64,000 bases of DNA, taken from contig CAYYOV010000009.1 of the NCBI GenBank assembly GCA_964473365.1, forward strand, positions 7,630 through 71,629, given 5' to 3'. Within the stretch, counting starts at the first letter, position 1. Every line of letters starts with the position of its first letter. The notes under the pieces are model-generated. The model was not told where the DNA came from, made no database searches, and saw nothing but the letters and a program-made list of their open reading frames with translations. Below, piece by piece: positions 9,417 to 21,801 of the stretch. The position numbers and the translations under genes were made by a program. The stretch is from an uncultured Ignavibacteriaceae bacterium (GTDB taxonomy: Bacteria > Bacteroidota > Ignavibacteria > UBA10030).

Positions 9417-11072
9417 TCAGCGTGCCTCGTATTCACCCCACACCGACCGCAGCACATCGGAGATCTCTCCAACCGTGGCCATAGCTTGCACGGCGGCGAG
9501 GATCGGTGGCATCAGGTTCGTGGACTCCTTTGCCGCCGTCCGGACCTCGCTCAATGCTCGTTGATGCTCCGTGGTATCGCGGCGACGTTTCATGGCCGAG
9601 AGTGACGCGATCTGACGAGCGCGCACTGCGTCGTCCACCTTCAGCGTCTCGGGCGCGATCGATTCCGGTTCCTGGAACTTGTTCACTCCGACGATGACCT
9701 TGTCGCCACGCTCGATCGCCTGCTGATACTCGTAGGCGCTCGCTGCGATCTCCGTTTGCAGGAATCCCTGCTCAATGGCGCGTACTGCGCCCCCCAACGC
9801 GTCGATCCGTTCCAGGTACTCACTCGCCTTGGCTTCGATCTGGTCTGTCAACGACTCGACGTAGTACGAGCCACCCAAGGGGTCGGGTGTTTCGGTCACT
9901 CCGGACTCATACCCGAGGACCTGTTGCGTGCGCAACGCGAGGCGCGCGGCATCCGCTGTCGGCAACGCCAGCGCTTCGTCCCGGCCGTTCGTGTGGAGCG
10001 ATTGACATCCGCCGATGATCGCGGCCAATGCCTGCACCGTGACGCGCACGACGTTCGTGTCGATCTGTTGGGCCGTGAGCGTCGCCCCTCCCGTTTGGGC
10101 ATGGAAGCGAAGCCGCTGACTTTCGGGAGAAGTTGCTCCGAACCGGTCACGCATCAGTTTCGCCCACAAGCGTCGAGCCGCACGAAACTTTGCGACCTCT
10201 TCGAAGAAGTTATTGTGTGCGTTGAAGAAGAAGGAGATCTGCGGTGCGATGTCGTCGACCGCCAGCCCACGATCCACCGCTGCCTGGACGTATGACACGG
10301 CATTCGCAAGCGTGAACGCCAGTTCCTGCACTGCGGTCGAACCGGCCTCGCGGATGTGATATCCGCTGATCGAAATGGTGTTCCATTTCGGTAGTGTCCC
10401 ACGGCACCACGCCATGACATCGGTGACGAGCCGGATCGACGGACCGGGCGGATAGATGTATGTGCCGCGGGCGGCATATTCCTTGAGGATGTCGTTCTGG
10501 ACGGTTCCCGACAGTCTCCGAAGATCGGCTCCCTGCTCCTGCGCGACCGCGACATACAGCGCCAGCAACGTCGCTGCCGTTGCGTTGATCGTCATCGACG
10601 TCGTCACATCCTGTAGTCGGATCCCGTTGAACAACGTCCGCATGTCGTCGAGCGAATCGATCGCGACCCCGACCTTGCCCACCTCGCCTTCTGCCATCGC
10701 GTGATCCGAATCGTAGCCGATCTGCGTGGGAAGGTCGAACGCCACGGAGAGGCCGGTTGTGCCGCTCTTGATCAGGTAGCGATAGCGTTCGTTCGATTCC
10801 TCGGCCGTCCCAAATCCGGCGTACTGACGCATGGTCCAGAGACGGCTCCGATACATCGAAGGGTAGACGCCGCGGGTGAACGGGAATTCACCGGGGAATC
10901 CGAGCGACGCTCGGTAGGGTGTCTCATTGGGGAGATAGACCGGATCGATCGGGATGCCCGAATCGGTCACGAAGGCGGCCTTCCGCTCGCCGCCTCTCGC
11001 GAGCGATGGACCCCGCGTCTCCCGTTCCCAGCGTTCCAGGTCTTTGGCCGAGATCTTGTCGATACCGCTCAT
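9417..11072 (-). CDS. Methylmalonyl-CoA/acyl-CoA mutase, large (substrate-binding) subunit; no fused B12-binding domain
   Basis: [87 protein letters not shown]. Start 11072 or 11096. Confidence 0.93.
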   Translation of the reverse strand: MSGIDKISAKDLERWERETRGPSLARGGERKAAFVTDSGIPIDPVYLPNETPYRASLGFPGEFPFTRGVYPSMYRSRLWTMRQYAGFGTAEESNERYRYLIKSGTTGLSVAFDLPTQIGYDSDHAMAEGEVGKVGVAIDSLDDMRTLFNGIRLQDVTTSMTINATAATLLALYVAVAQEQGADLRRLSGTVQNDILKEYAARGTYIYPPGPSIRLVTDVMAWCRGTLPKWNTISISGYHIREAGSTAVQELAFTLANAVSYVQAAVDRGLAVDDIAPQISFFFNAHNNFFEEVAKFRAARRLWAKLMRDRFGATSPESQRLRFHAQTGGATLTAQQIDTNVVRVTVQALAAIIGGCQSLHTNGRDEALALPTADAARLALRTQQVLGYESGVTETPDPLGGSYYVESLTDQIEAKASEYLERIDALGGAVRAIEQGFLQTEIAASAYEYQQAIERGDKVIVGVNKFQEPESIAPETLKVDDAVRARQIASLSAMKRRRDTTEHQRALSEVRTAAKESTNLMPPILAAVQAMATVGEISDVLRSVWGEYEAR

Positions 11073-11088
11073 ATCAGAGGATCCTTGA

Positions 11089-13425
11089 TCATTCATTGGA
11101 ACGCCGCCAGATCCTGCGTCTCCAGCTGCGGCCATCAGTAGTGAACCAGCTTGCTCCTTCTTCCATCGTCAACGTGGGAGCGACGTGGCGGGCTCTCAAC
11201 GACGCCATGCGTTCGGGGTCAGGATGCCCGAAAGAATTGCCACGTCCGACCGATATGACCGCGGCGGAGGGCTGAATCGTTTCGAGCCACCGTTCTGTCG
11301 TTCCCGTGTTGCTGCCGTGATGGGCCACCTTCAGGATATCTGACCTCAAGAACCCGCCGTAATGTCTCGAGACCTCGTCTTCGCCGAGTTCTTCCAGATC
11401 TCCGGTCAGAAGCATCGAGCGGTCTCCGGCGAGCAACTTGATGACTACAGATCGGTCATTGGCCCCGCGTCCGATGAACGTGGGCCCCGGGTGAAGGACA
11501 TACAACCGAACTGCCGGATCAATGGAGATCTGTTGCCCTCGACGGACGATCCGCACCGACACGCCGTGGATTGCAGCGCGCCGGAACAGGTCAGGTGCAA
11601 TGGCGCCTGTGTCACCGACGGTCAATGTACGCACCGGAACATGGTCGAGCAACCAGCCCAGTCCACCCGTATGGTCGCGGTGAGCGTGCGTGATCACCAA
11701 GTCATCGATGGTGCGAACTCCCCTTCTTCGCAGGAGCGGAAGGATGGCCCGTTCCGCGGCGAATTCAGAGGGACCGGCGTCGATCAGCACGGTCGCCCCG
11801 GAGAATGTCTGGAGCAGGTGGGCATCCCCCTGGCCAACGTCGATGGTCAGGACCTCGGCCAACGATCGGTGGTCCTCTAGAACGGGCCGCCAGACAGCCA
11901 CGACTGCCAGACAACACGTGGCCATCAGGAGGAATCGGCGAAGACCGGGGATCGATCCGGCCGTGAGTGCCCCCAGTGCTGCATACGCCGCCGCGATCGC
12001 CGCGACGCCCGGCCGACCGACCTCCACGACTGCAACCGGCAACGATGCCGTCACGCGCACGAGCCCGAGCAAGAGATCCATCACAACGTCGTTGACGCCG
12101 GCGTACACCGAAGCCAGCCACATGGAAGCAGGGGCGATCATCAGCTCGATGATGCCGAGCACGAGCGACACGCCTGAGAGCGGGACGACGACCAGATTGG
12201 CCGCGACCGAAACGAGCGACACTTGTCCGAAGATCGACATCGTCAGCGGTAGCGTGCCCACCTGAGCGGCCGCCGAGACGGCGATCAGCTGCACGACGGA
12301 CCGTACAAACGGATGATCGCGAAATTCTTCTGGCAGTCGATCCAGCCTCCGTTCGATCAGGGGCGATCCGATCACGATCGCCAGGACGGAGAGGAAGGAT
12401 AACTGAAACCCGACGTCATCGAGCGTCCGTGGATCGAGCAGAAGCAGGACGATCGCCGCGACAGCCAAGGATTGGAAGACGTCCGAGGTCCTCCCGCTCA
12501 CACCGGCCGTCAGAACGACGATCGCCATGACGCTTGCCCGAACGACCGACGGACTGGAGCCGGTGATCCAGAGATAGCCAAGGACCGCTGCGACTGACAA
12601 CGCGTAGACGGCACGACGCGGAAGACGCAGCAATCCCGCGAGGACGAAGGCCACGAGCGCCACGAGGGCCACATTCCCGCCGGAGACGGCCAGGATGTGC
12701 ACCGTACCCGTGGCAAGGAATGCAGCCTTCAGATCCTCCGCCAACTCCGCACGATAGCCCAGGATCACGCCTTTGAGGAACGCACCCCGTTCACCGGCGT
12801 GTAAGCGATCGATCGTCCCGTAGAGCGTCGATTGCGCACGCCCCAGGAACGTATGGTGATCGATACCGGCAGGAACATCGACGCGGGTCGCCGACGACGC
12901 CCGGATCACCGCCTCGACCCCTGAAAGCGACAGGATCGCTCCATAGTCCATATCCCCAGGATTGCGAGGACGCGGGAACGGTTCGACGGAACCACGTAAC
13001 AACCAGAGGTCACCGGGTCGCGGCTCGGGAACCATTTCCTTCCCTGCCATCGACGGCATTGTGACGCGCGCGCGGACCACACGGCGGGGAGCCTGTCGAG
13101 TGCCCGGCACGTGAACATCGGCAATGTATGCCCACGTGCGCGTGTGGCGCACGGGCGGATCGAGGATACGGGCCGAGAACGGTAGCGCGACGTCCGGATC
13201 CGTCGGCGGAAGACGGTGCGCTACGCCGTCCGATCGGACGATAGCGTGCCACGTCATGCCCGCAAAGGCCAATGCGAGGAGCAACGAAAGGTCGGCAAGG
13301 GACGATCGTCGCCGCAGCGCCGCGAGGGACGCTAGAATGGTGATGACAAGGAGGGCGTACGACACGGACGGCGGCCATCCGAGCGACTCGGAGGCTGCGA
13401 TCCCCAACGCCAACGCCACGGCCAT
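11089..13425 (-). CDS. comEC: DNA internalisation competence protein ComEC/Rec2
   Basis: Competence domain ([28 protein letters not shown]) plus a C-terminal metallo-beta-lactamase ([37 protein letters not shown]). Start uncertain. Confidence 0.92.
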   Translation of the reverse strand: MAVALALGIAASESLGWPPSVSYALLVITILASLAALRRRSSLADLSLLLALAFAGMTWHAIVRSDGVAHRLPPTDPDVALPFSARILDPPVRHTRTWAYIADVHVPGTRQAPRRVVRARVTMPSMAGKEMVPEPRPGDLWLLRGSVEPFPRPRNPGDMDYGAILSLSGVEAVIRASSATRVDVPAGIDHHTFLGRAQSTLYGTIDRLHAGERGAFLKGVILGYRAELAEDLKAAFLATGTVHILAVSGGNVALVALVAFVLAGLLRLPRRAVYALSVAAVLGYLWITGSSPSVVRASVMAIVVLTAGVSGRTSDVFQSLAVAAIVLLLLDPRTLDDVGFQLSFLSVLAIVIGSPLIERRLDRLPEEFRDHPFVRSVVQLIAVSAAAQVGTLPLTMSIFGQVSLVSVAANLVVVPLSGVSLVLGIIELMIAPASMWLASVYAGVNDVVMDLLLGLVRVTASLPVAVVEVGRPGVAAIAAAYAALGALTAGSIPGLRRFLLMATCCLAVVAVWRPVLEDHRSLAEVLTIDVGQGDAHLLQTFSGATVLIDAGPSEFAAERAILPLLRRRGVRTIDDLVITHAHRDHTGGLGWLLDHVPVRTLTVGDTGAIAPDLFRRAAIHGVSVRIVRRGQQISIDPAVRLYVLHPGPTFIGRGANDRSVVIKLLAGDRSMLLTGDLEELGEDEVSRHYGGFLRSDILKVAHHGSNTGTTERWLETIQPSAAVISVGRGNSFGHPDPERMASLRARHVAPTLTMEEGASWFTTDGRSWRRRIWRRSNE

Positions 13426-13457
13426 CCTTACTGCCGGCCGGGGCGCAAGGCATCCCC

Positions 13458-14369
13458 CTAGGGTGTGATATTCAGTGCGTCGAGGACACACGGTGCCACG
13501 TGTGTCAGTGTGCGAATGCGGTCGGCACACCGCTCACGCCCATGCCCGAGCGCAATGCATGGCACGGGGTTGCGGGTGTGCGTCTTGGTGCCTAGATCTT
13601 CGATATTTCCGTGATCGCTGATCGCCAGGATGAGGGTCGAACGAAGGTCGGTCCCTTCGAGCACGCCCCCGATGAAAGAGTCGAGCCGTTCGAGCGAGGT
13701 GACCGCCTTCGCCATCTCCTGCGCGTGACCCGCATGATCGGTGATCCAGTAATCGAAGACGGTCAGGTCATGGTCTTCGATGATCCTGGCGCAGTGTCGA
13801 CCGGCATCGTGCGACGTCACCGGTTCCACCTGCGGATGCCCCATCTCCTTCCATCGATCACGTACGAAATCGGCTGAGATCGCCCGATCCGCGGCGAGAT
13901 CGTCGGCGGTCTTCAGGGGAATGTCCGCCGTGATCGAGGCCATCGTCGGAACGTTCAGGCGCCGGGTACCTGAAGCGGTATAGTCGAAGAATTTCTGGGG
14001 AAAAGCGTTCGCCAGCACGGCACGCTTGCCGGCATCGCGAACGCGGCGAAAGAGACTCTTTGCAGCAATGATCGGACGAAGGTCGGTAGGAGGATATGGA
14101 CCGAAGTGCCGGCCGAAGGTGCGTGCGCCGTTGACCCCGGTGAAGATCGCCGTCTGCCCCGTCCCGCTTTGCGGGAGGCCGGGCATGCGGAGATTGGCAT
14201 CGACCGGATGGACGCTGGCATGGGCCGTCGATAGCCGTCGCTTGCGAAGGTGCGGCAGCCCACCAAGCAACGAATGAAGGACCGGCAGGCGTGCGGCAAA
14301 GAACGGGTTGCGTTCAGGGTCCGCCGGGCCGATCCCAACGCCGTCCAAGAAGAGCAGAAAGACCTTCAC
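13458..14369 (-). CDS. Alkaline phosphatase superfamily metalloenzyme (phosphoglycerate mutase/phosphopentomutase-like)
   Basis: [24 protein letters not shown] and HTRNPVP metal-binding motifs. Confidence 0.8.
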   Translation of the reverse strand: MKVFLLFLDGVGIGPADPERNPFFAARLPVLHSLLGGLPHLRKRRLSTAHASVHPVDANLRMPGLPQSGTGQTAIFTGVNGARTFGRHFGPYPPTDLRPIIAAKSLFRRVRDAGKRAVLANAFPQKFFDYTASGTRRLNVPTMASITADIPLKTADDLAADRAISADFVRDRWKEMGHPQVEPVTSHDAGRHCARIIEDHDLTVFDYWITDHAGHAQEMAKAVTSLERLDSFIGGVLEGTDLRSTLILAISDHGNIEDLGTKTHTRNPVPCIALGHGRERCADRIRTLTHVAPCVLDALNITP

Positions 14370-14830
14370 CCTCGTCCCCCACCGGGCAGGATCTCCAGCT
14401 GGACTGTCACTGGGCCGTCGTTGACCAATTCAACCTGCATCATCGCACCGAACACGCCTGATGGAACAGGTCGTCCACCCAGTTCTGCGCTGAGGGAGCG
14501 CTTGAATTGTTCGTAGAGGTGTTCCGCGCGGTCGGGGGGCGCCGCATCCGTGTAGCTTGGACGCGTTCCACGACGCGTGTCGGCATACAGCGTGAATTGC
14601 GAGACAACGAGCGCATCTCCGTTGATGTCGCGCAGAGAACGGTTCATCTTCCCCTCCTCATCGGGGAAGATGCGGAGCACGGCGCAACGGGATGCTAGTT
14701 CACCCGGCGCGGACTCCTCATCGGCACGATGAACGCCCAGGAGGATCAGGAGGCCAGGTCCGATCGATCCCACGACTGCACCATCGACGCGCACCGCTGC
14801 TCGTTGCACTCGTTGCAGCAGCGCCTTCAT
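14366..14830 (-). CDS. dtd: D-aminoacyl-tRNA deacylase
   Basis: [47 protein letters not shown]. Start overlaps the prmC stop. Confidence 0.95.
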   Translation of the reverse strand: MKALLQRVQRAAVRVDGAVVGSIGPGLLILLGVHRADEESAPGELASRCAVLRIFPDEEGKMNRSLRDINGDALVVSQFTLYADTRRGTRPSYTDAAPPDRAEHLYEQFKRSLSAELGGRPVPSGVFGAMMQVELVNDGPVTVQLEILPGGGRG

Positions 14831-15732
14831 TGATGGTCTCCTGCCGGATGGAACCACCCGGACACGACGCGTGGAACCTGCTGCATGTCGAGATGTGAGC
14901 GCACGTCGGAACCACCCGAAGCGAGGTACGTCCGCATCACCTCCGTTGCCTGATCATGGCCGACCTCGACCACAAGCGGACCATGCGTTCGCAGCAACTC
15001 GGGCGCGAGTTCGATGATCCGTCGCAGGCACCGATACCCGTCGGCGCCGTCTGTCAGGGCTCGTTGCGGTTCCTGGTTTCTCACGTGAGGTTCGAGTGTC
15101 TCCCATTCCAGGAGAGGAATGTAGGGTGGATTGCTGACCACGACGTCAAAACCGCGTCGCAGCCACTCCGGGGGTTCTTCGAACATGTCCCATTCCAGCA
15201 TGTCGACTCGATCGGCCAAGCCATGGTCGTTGATATTCGCTCGGGCGACCTCGAGCGATCCGGGATGGACATCGACGCCAACGACCTGCAGCTGTTTGAC
15301 ATACTTGGCCGTCGCGATGGCGATATTGCCGCTGCCGGATCCGATATCGAGCATTCGAAGGGGCTGATCCGTCGGTCGATCCTTCGCCCACAGCATGACC
15401 CACTCGACGAGGGATTCCGTCTCAGGTCGTGGTATGAGAACCCGGGGATCAACGCGAAGGGAAAGACCCATAAAGTGCGCTGAACCGACGATATACTGGA
15501 CGGGCTCGCCCCGTAGACGGCGGAGCAGCGCCTGTCGAAAGGCCTCGAGTTCAGTCTGTTGTACGGGCAGTTCGAACCCGGTGTACAGCTCGATGCGGGG
15601 GCGATGGAGAACGTGCGCGAGCAGCAATTCGACCGTCAGTCGGGCCTCATCCAGCCCACGCTGTTGCAGGTGGTCGATCGTCACGCGCATAAGTTCCCGC
15701 ACCGTCCATTGACGGGTGGATGCTTCGAACAT
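14827..15732 (-). CDS. prmC: Peptide chain release factor N(5)-glutamine methyltransferase
   Basis: [46 protein letters not shown]. Confidence 0.95.
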   Translation of the reverse strand: MFEASTRQWTVRELMRVTIDHLQQRGLDEARLTVELLLAHVLHRPRIELYTGFELPVQQTELEAFRQALLRRLRGEPVQYIVGSAHFMGLSLRVDPRVLIPRPETESLVEWVMLWAKDRPTDQPLRMLDIGSGSGNIAIATAKYVKQLQVVGVDVHPGSLEVARANINDHGLADRVDMLEWDMFEEPPEWLRRGFDVVVSNPPYIPLLEWETLEPHVRNQEPQRALTDGADGYRCLRRIIELAPELLRTHGPLVVEVGHDQATEVMRTYLASGGSDVRSHLDMQQVPRVVSGWFHPAGDHQ

Positions 15733-15737
15733 GCGGG

Positions 15738-16196
15738 TCAGCGCCTACGTCGCTTGGGAGAGCCGCCTCGCGGCTTCCGTGCAGATGTTGAACCCCTCGA
15801 TGACCGGTCGGTGCTTCCGGGACCCTTCTTCACGAGCATCGAACGTGTCTCCGACAGATGTCGCGTGGAGAGACTCGGCATTTCGTCCTCATCATCCTCC
15901 ACGGGTTTCAGACGCTTACGGAGCGAGACGGTCCACGCGGACCAGATCCCCAGCTTGACCAGGTCCTCTTCCCGTTCCTCGTCCGGCTCTTCGTCAGAAG
16001 CGGCACCATCCGTTCGATCGACGTGGAATCGCGGGTCGCACTCGAGCATGGCGGCAAAGTCGGCAAGGGCGCACATCTCAAAGCCCATTGAGCGTGACTG
16101 CTTCGAGACCGAATCCCAGAGGGACCGGAGCGGAATGGGGGACGCTGACTCCGCAGCCAACACCTGGGCCGCGACATGGAGGGTACGTTCGAACAC
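15738..16196 (-). CDS. Hypothetical protein (folded N-terminus, acidic patches, basic C-terminal tail)
   Basis: Fills the gap between the MFS gene and prmC on the same strand, 5 bp from the prmC start. No family recognised. Confidence 0.6.
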   Translation of the reverse strand: MFERTLHVAAQVLAAESASPIPLRSLWDSVSKQSRSMGFEMCALADFAAMLECDPRFHVDRTDGAASDEEPDEEREEDLVKLGIWSAWTVSLRKRLKPVEDDEDEMPSLSTRHLSETRSMLVKKGPGSTDRSSRGSTSARKPRGGSPKRRRR

Positions 16197-16259
16197 GGTT
16201 GGTCGGTCGGAGAAATGGTCTCGAACCGCATAAAAAGGTAGGTGTTCTGCGAGGCACTG

Positions 16260-17480
16260 TCAAGCGAGATGGACCCGAGGAATGCGACGCAACAGCCACA
16301 GGCCGGCGACGATCGACAAGATCGCTCCACAGAAAATGGCCTCGTATCCGATGCGTGCAACGCTGAGTCCGGCGACGACGCTCAGCAATTGCCACGGTGC
16401 CAGCCAGACGTTCATCAAGCCGACATACAACGCGCGCTCGTCTGGCGGCGCCGCTTCGACGGCAAAGTTGTAGCGGGCCATCATCTCAGCTCCCAGCGGA
16501 ATGCCGAGGCCAACGAAGGCACCCACCAGGTATTCCGGACGATCCGCCAGCGCGGCGATCGCAAGCGCCGTCACCGAACTGATGCCACACACAAGCAACG
16601 GGAGTCGTGTTCCACGGTGGTCGGTGAGCCACCCCAGTACCCCGGCACCCAGCATCTGCGCCGACACCAATACAATCGTATACACGCCAACAGCTGTGGC
16701 ATCCGCGCCAAAACGGGCTGTGGCCGCGGGCAGGATGAAGACGACGGTGCTCGCTCCGGCCGTGACGAACCCCCACGCCACCAGGAATCGGCGCATGCGT
16801 CTGTCACCCTTCAGAATCCGAAGGACATCCGAGAAGCGGTGAGGCTGTTCGTCACCCGACATCCACGACGGCGGGGCCTCGACCACGTTCCGTTGCACGA
16901 GAACGGACGCGAGCTGGTATGCGAAGGCGATGCCGAATCCCGCAGCGACACCCCATGAGAATCCGAAGGTGGCCAGGCAAACCGTGAGGACGAACGAGTT
17001 CAGAAAGGACAGGAGGGCTCCGCTCGCGGCCCGTATTCCCAAGAGCCGACCACGCTGGAGCGGGTCCGTCGTACGCGTCAGAAGATCGAACCAGAGCGGT
17101 GACACGAGTCCGGCCCACATCTGGTTCATCGCGAGAAGGAGCAGGAATGCAGGCAGGATCCAGGGGCTTGGCTCCACGGCAGCGACCGCCAGGAGCAGCG
17201 CCATCGCAAAGACGTGCATCCGCTGCACCATCCCCCATCGCAGTACCCGCGGTTTCAGCACAGGCAGCGATCGTGCTCGAAGTGCCGAGACGATCTGCGG
17301 CAGGTAGAAGGCGACGAAGATGATGAGCGGCAACGTTCCGACGACCGCGCTCGACCCTCCCAGGTTCAGCACGATGGCCGGAATGACGGTTGGTCCGGCA
17401 AGGAAGCCGCCGCTGGCGATGTAGAGCGCACCTTCGATGAAGTGTACGCGGGCGTTACGACGTCTGTTGTCCGGTTCCAT
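16260..17480 (-). CDS. MFS transporter
   Basis: About 12 hydrophobic segments, with RGRLLGIR and GWLTDHRGTR loop motifs. Confidence 0.85.
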   Translation of the reverse strand: MEPDNRRRNARVHFIEGALYIASGGFLAGPTVIPAIVLNLGGSSAVVGTLPLIIFVAFYLPQIVSALRARSLPVLKPRVLRWGMVQRMHVFAMALLLAVAAVEPSPWILPAFLLLLAMNQMWAGLVSPLWFDLLTRTTDPLQRGRLLGIRAASGALLSFLNSFVLTVCLATFGFSWGVAAGFGIAFAYQLASVLVQRNVVEAPPSWMSGDEQPHRFSDVLRILKGDRRMRRFLVAWGFVTAGASTVVFILPAATARFGADATAVGVYTIVLVSAQMLGAGVLGWLTDHRGTRLPLLVCGISSVTALAIAALADRPEYLVGAFVGLGIPLGAEMMARYNFAVEAAPPDERALYVGLMNVWLAPWQLLSVVAGLSVARIGYEAIFCGAILSIVAGLWLLRRIPRVHLA

Positions 17481-17483
17481 TAG

Positions 17484-17513
17484 AAAACAAAAAAGGCCGC
17501 CGAAGGCGACCTT
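17484..17513 (-). terminator. Rho-independent terminator downstream of the response regulator
   Basis: Minus strand AAGGTCGCC-TTC-GGCGGCCTT followed by TTTTGTTTTC. It ends only a few nt before the MFS start codon. Confidence 0.7.
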
Positions 17514-17537
17514 GGGACGACCGTGAACCGTCCACGG

Positions 17538-17948
17538 TCATTTCTTCTTCTTGATCTTGTCCGCGAAGAGCTGCGCAACCTTCTCGATGTCGTAGCCGAC
17601 CTTGGGAAGGTAGAAGCCACCATGTTTTTCGACCATGGACTTCAGCGTGTCGTAAGCATCGGCGCTGCAGAAGAACGTGGGGGTTCCGCGATTGGGTCCT
17701 TCCTTCTTCGCCAGCTGCAACAGCGCGATACCCGGAAGGTGACCCTTCAGGTTCGTGTCCTTGAAATCGTTGTCCAGAATGATCAGGTCAAACTTCTCAG
17801 CCTTGATCTTGGCCCACGTTTCCACGCTCGTCGCCGTCTCGGTGATGGCGATCTCATCCTCAATGATCGCCGTCGCGACTTCGAGCGCAAAGCCGTGCGA
17901 CTTGCGCTGTCCTTCGTCGTCGTCGGCAATGAGAACTTTGTAGGGCAT
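17538..17948 (-). CDS. Single-domain response regulator (CheY-like receiver)
   Basis: VLIADDD acidic pocket, LIILD phosphoacceptor Asp, FCSA (Ser) and LPK (Lys). No output domain. Confidence 0.85.
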   Translation of the reverse strand: MPYKVLIADDDEGQRKSHGFALEVATAIIEDEIAITETATSVETWAKIKAEKFDLIILDNDFKDTNLKGHLPGIALLQLAKKEGPNRGTPTFFCSADAYDTLKSMVEKHGGFYLPKVGYDIEKVAQLFADKIKKKK

Positions 17949-18056
17949 GGTCGCCAGAACGTGGGATTGAACGGAATGAACCTACAATAAAATACCAGCA
18001 AATACAAACACACTGGGGCGGGCGCTGGTGGGTTGCGGTCGGCCGCAGTACCCCGC

Positions 18057-19805
18057 TCACTGTCGGTCGTACACCTTCTCTCCGCCGATATAGGTGGCAT
18101 CCACCTTCGTCGCCAGGATCCCTTCCGGATCGTGCGCATCGACGGGCTGCGACAGCACAATAAAATCGGCGAGTTTCCCGACCGTGAGACTCCCCTTGAA
18201 GTTCTCTTCGAAAGCCGCCGTTGCTGCCCAGATCGTGAATCCCTTCAGCACCTCGGCAAGCGTCATTCGTTCCGTTGCGTACCAACCCCCTTCGAACGCG
18301 GACGGATTGACGATGCCGGCGGCGGAGAGCTCGAAGAGATCTTCCTTCAGATCGGCCGCCGAACGTGGTCTGCCCGATGCGTCTCGACGCGTCACGGCCG
18401 CATACACGCCGAGCAACGGACCAGGCTGCTCAACCGGGAAGTCTGATCCACACGGTATGATCACGCCGGTTTGCAGAAGCGATCGCCAGGCATACGCCCC
18501 CTTGATACGATCCGGTCCGAGTCGAGCCTCCGCCCAATACATGTCAGACGTACAATGCGTCGGTTGCATCGATGGTATTACGCCAAGCTTCGCGAACCGG
18601 CCGATGTCCCCCGGGAACAGCACCTGCGCATGCTCCACGCGCAACCGGTGGTCCCGCACCGCCGTCGCCTGCAATGCTCGTTCGTAGACATTCAGCACGA
18701 TCGAATTCGCTCTGTCTCCGATGGCGTGCGTGCAAACTTGAAATCCGTGCTGCAACGCCTCCGAGACCGACATCGACAGCTCCTGTTCGTTCGTCACCGT
18801 CAGTCCCCGGTTCGACGGATCATCGGAGTAAGGATCGATCAGGGCAGCGCCGCGTGAGCCGAGCGCGCCGTCGGCATACAGCTTGATGGCGCGGACCGTC
18901 AGGTGATCGCGGCCGTAGCCGATCATCGGCCCTTCACGCTTGAATCGTTCCCAGGTCGGGCCTGGACCGCCGATGGCGGCGTAGATCCGCACTTTGAGCC
19001 GCCCCGCTCCAATGAGTCGTTGGTATGCCGCCAGGTCGGACGAATCGACGCCCATGTCATGGATGCCGGTCAAGCCGAGCGACAGGCATTCTTGCTGCGC
19101 CGTGAGGATGGCCTCATCGATCTCCTCCGGTGCCGGCGGAGGCACGTACGGCGCGACGAGGAGTTCAGCATTATCGACCAGCACGCCCGTCGGTTCACCT
19201 TTGGCGTCACGAACGATCTTGCCTCCGTCCGGATCGGGGGTCGAGCGCGTGATCCCGGCGATCTCGAGGACCTTCTTATTCACCCAGAGCGCATGGCCGT
19301 CGACACGGCTGAGCACCACGGGATTTTCGGGGGCGACCTTGTCGAGCGTGTTGTGGTGCGGGAAGGTCTTGGAGGCCCAGAGGTTCTGGTTCCAGCCCCG
19401 ACCACGGATCCACTGGCCAGCAGGCGAGCGCTTCACCCGTTCGGCGACCCGTTCTGCAGCGACCTCCGAACTCGATGCGCCGAGGAGATCGACGGTCATG
19501 CGAGCAATGCCGAGCGACACGACGTGTGCATGCGCGTCGATCAAGCCAGGGAGCACGGTCTTTCCTTGAAAATCGACCTCGACCGGCGCCCGGAACTTGC
19601 GCCGGATCGTCGAGCTGCTGCCGATGCCGACGATGCGGTCATCTTTGACTGCCAAGGCCTCCGCCTCGGGCTGGCCATCATCCATCGTCAACAATCGACC
19701 ATTGACATAAATTGCGTCGGCTTCCGCCGGGAGCCACCACCAGAGCGCAGCAAGAGCGAGGATGAACACGCTTGCTGCAACGACGATCCGAGTGCGTTTG
19801 TCCAT
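18057..19805 (-). CDS. Amidohydrolase family 3 protein (YtcJ-like) with N-terminal anchor
   Basis: LPGLIDAHAH, RVDGHALW, KLYADGALGSRGAAL, HAIGDRAN, RVEHAQ, SMQPTH, GSDFPVE, GKLADFIVL. Confidence 0.9.
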   Translation of the reverse strand: MDKRTRIVVAASVFILALAALWWWLPAEADAIYVNGRLLTMDDGQPEAEALAVKDDRIVGIGSSSTIRRKFRAPVEVDFQGKTVLPGLIDAHAHVVSLGIARMTVDLLGASSSEVAAERVAERVKRSPAGQWIRGRGWNQNLWASKTFPHHNTLDKVAPENPVVLSRVDGHALWVNKKVLEIAGITRSTPDPDGGKIVRDAKGEPTGVLVDNAELLVAPYVPPPAPEEIDEAILTAQQECLSLGLTGIHDMGVDSSDLAAYQRLIGAGRLKVRIYAAIGGPGPTWERFKREGPMIGYGRDHLTVRAIKLYADGALGSRGAALIDPYSDDPSNRGLTVTNEQELSMSVSEALQHGFQVCTHAIGDRANSIVLNVYERALQATAVRDHRLRVEHAQVLFPGDIGRFAKLGVIPSMQPTHCTSDMYWAEARLGPDRIKGAYAWRSLLQTGVIIPCGSDFPVEQPGPLLGVYAAVTRRDASGRPRSAADLKEDLFELSAAGIVNPSAFEGGWYATERMTLAEVLKGFTIWAATAAFEENFKGSLTVGKLADFIVLSQPVDAHDPEGILATKVDATYIGGEKVYDRQ

Positions 19806-19847
19806 GGTCGGCGTGGGATGAATTGCGTGGGAAGTTCAGGTCTGAGG

Positions 19848-21599
<1,752 letters not shown>

Positions 21600-21801
21600 G
21601 GCCGTATGCTATTTCGTCAGACAGCACATGAGGGGGAACGAGCGGTGAGTGCGACTAGCGGCTAAAAAAACGTGGGGAAAATGTACATGTTGGCCCACCA
21701 ACAAGCAATGCGCCATTCGTCTCATGTTCTTTGTTGCCGATCATTCGTGAATTCCTTATCTTCCACACACTTTTTCCAGAAGACCGACTTCCACTGACAA
21801 A

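Noticed and set aside
9417-11072. Mutase lacking a B12-binding domain (possible pseudogene)
   Set aside because: Split large/small-subunit acyl-CoA mutases are common. The ORF is intact and ends normally.
13010-13530. Possible frameshift at the comEC 5' end (overlap with the upstream gene, alternative ATG in another frame)
   Set aside because: An in-frame ATG at 13425 gives a full-length ComEC without overlap, so no frameshift is needed.
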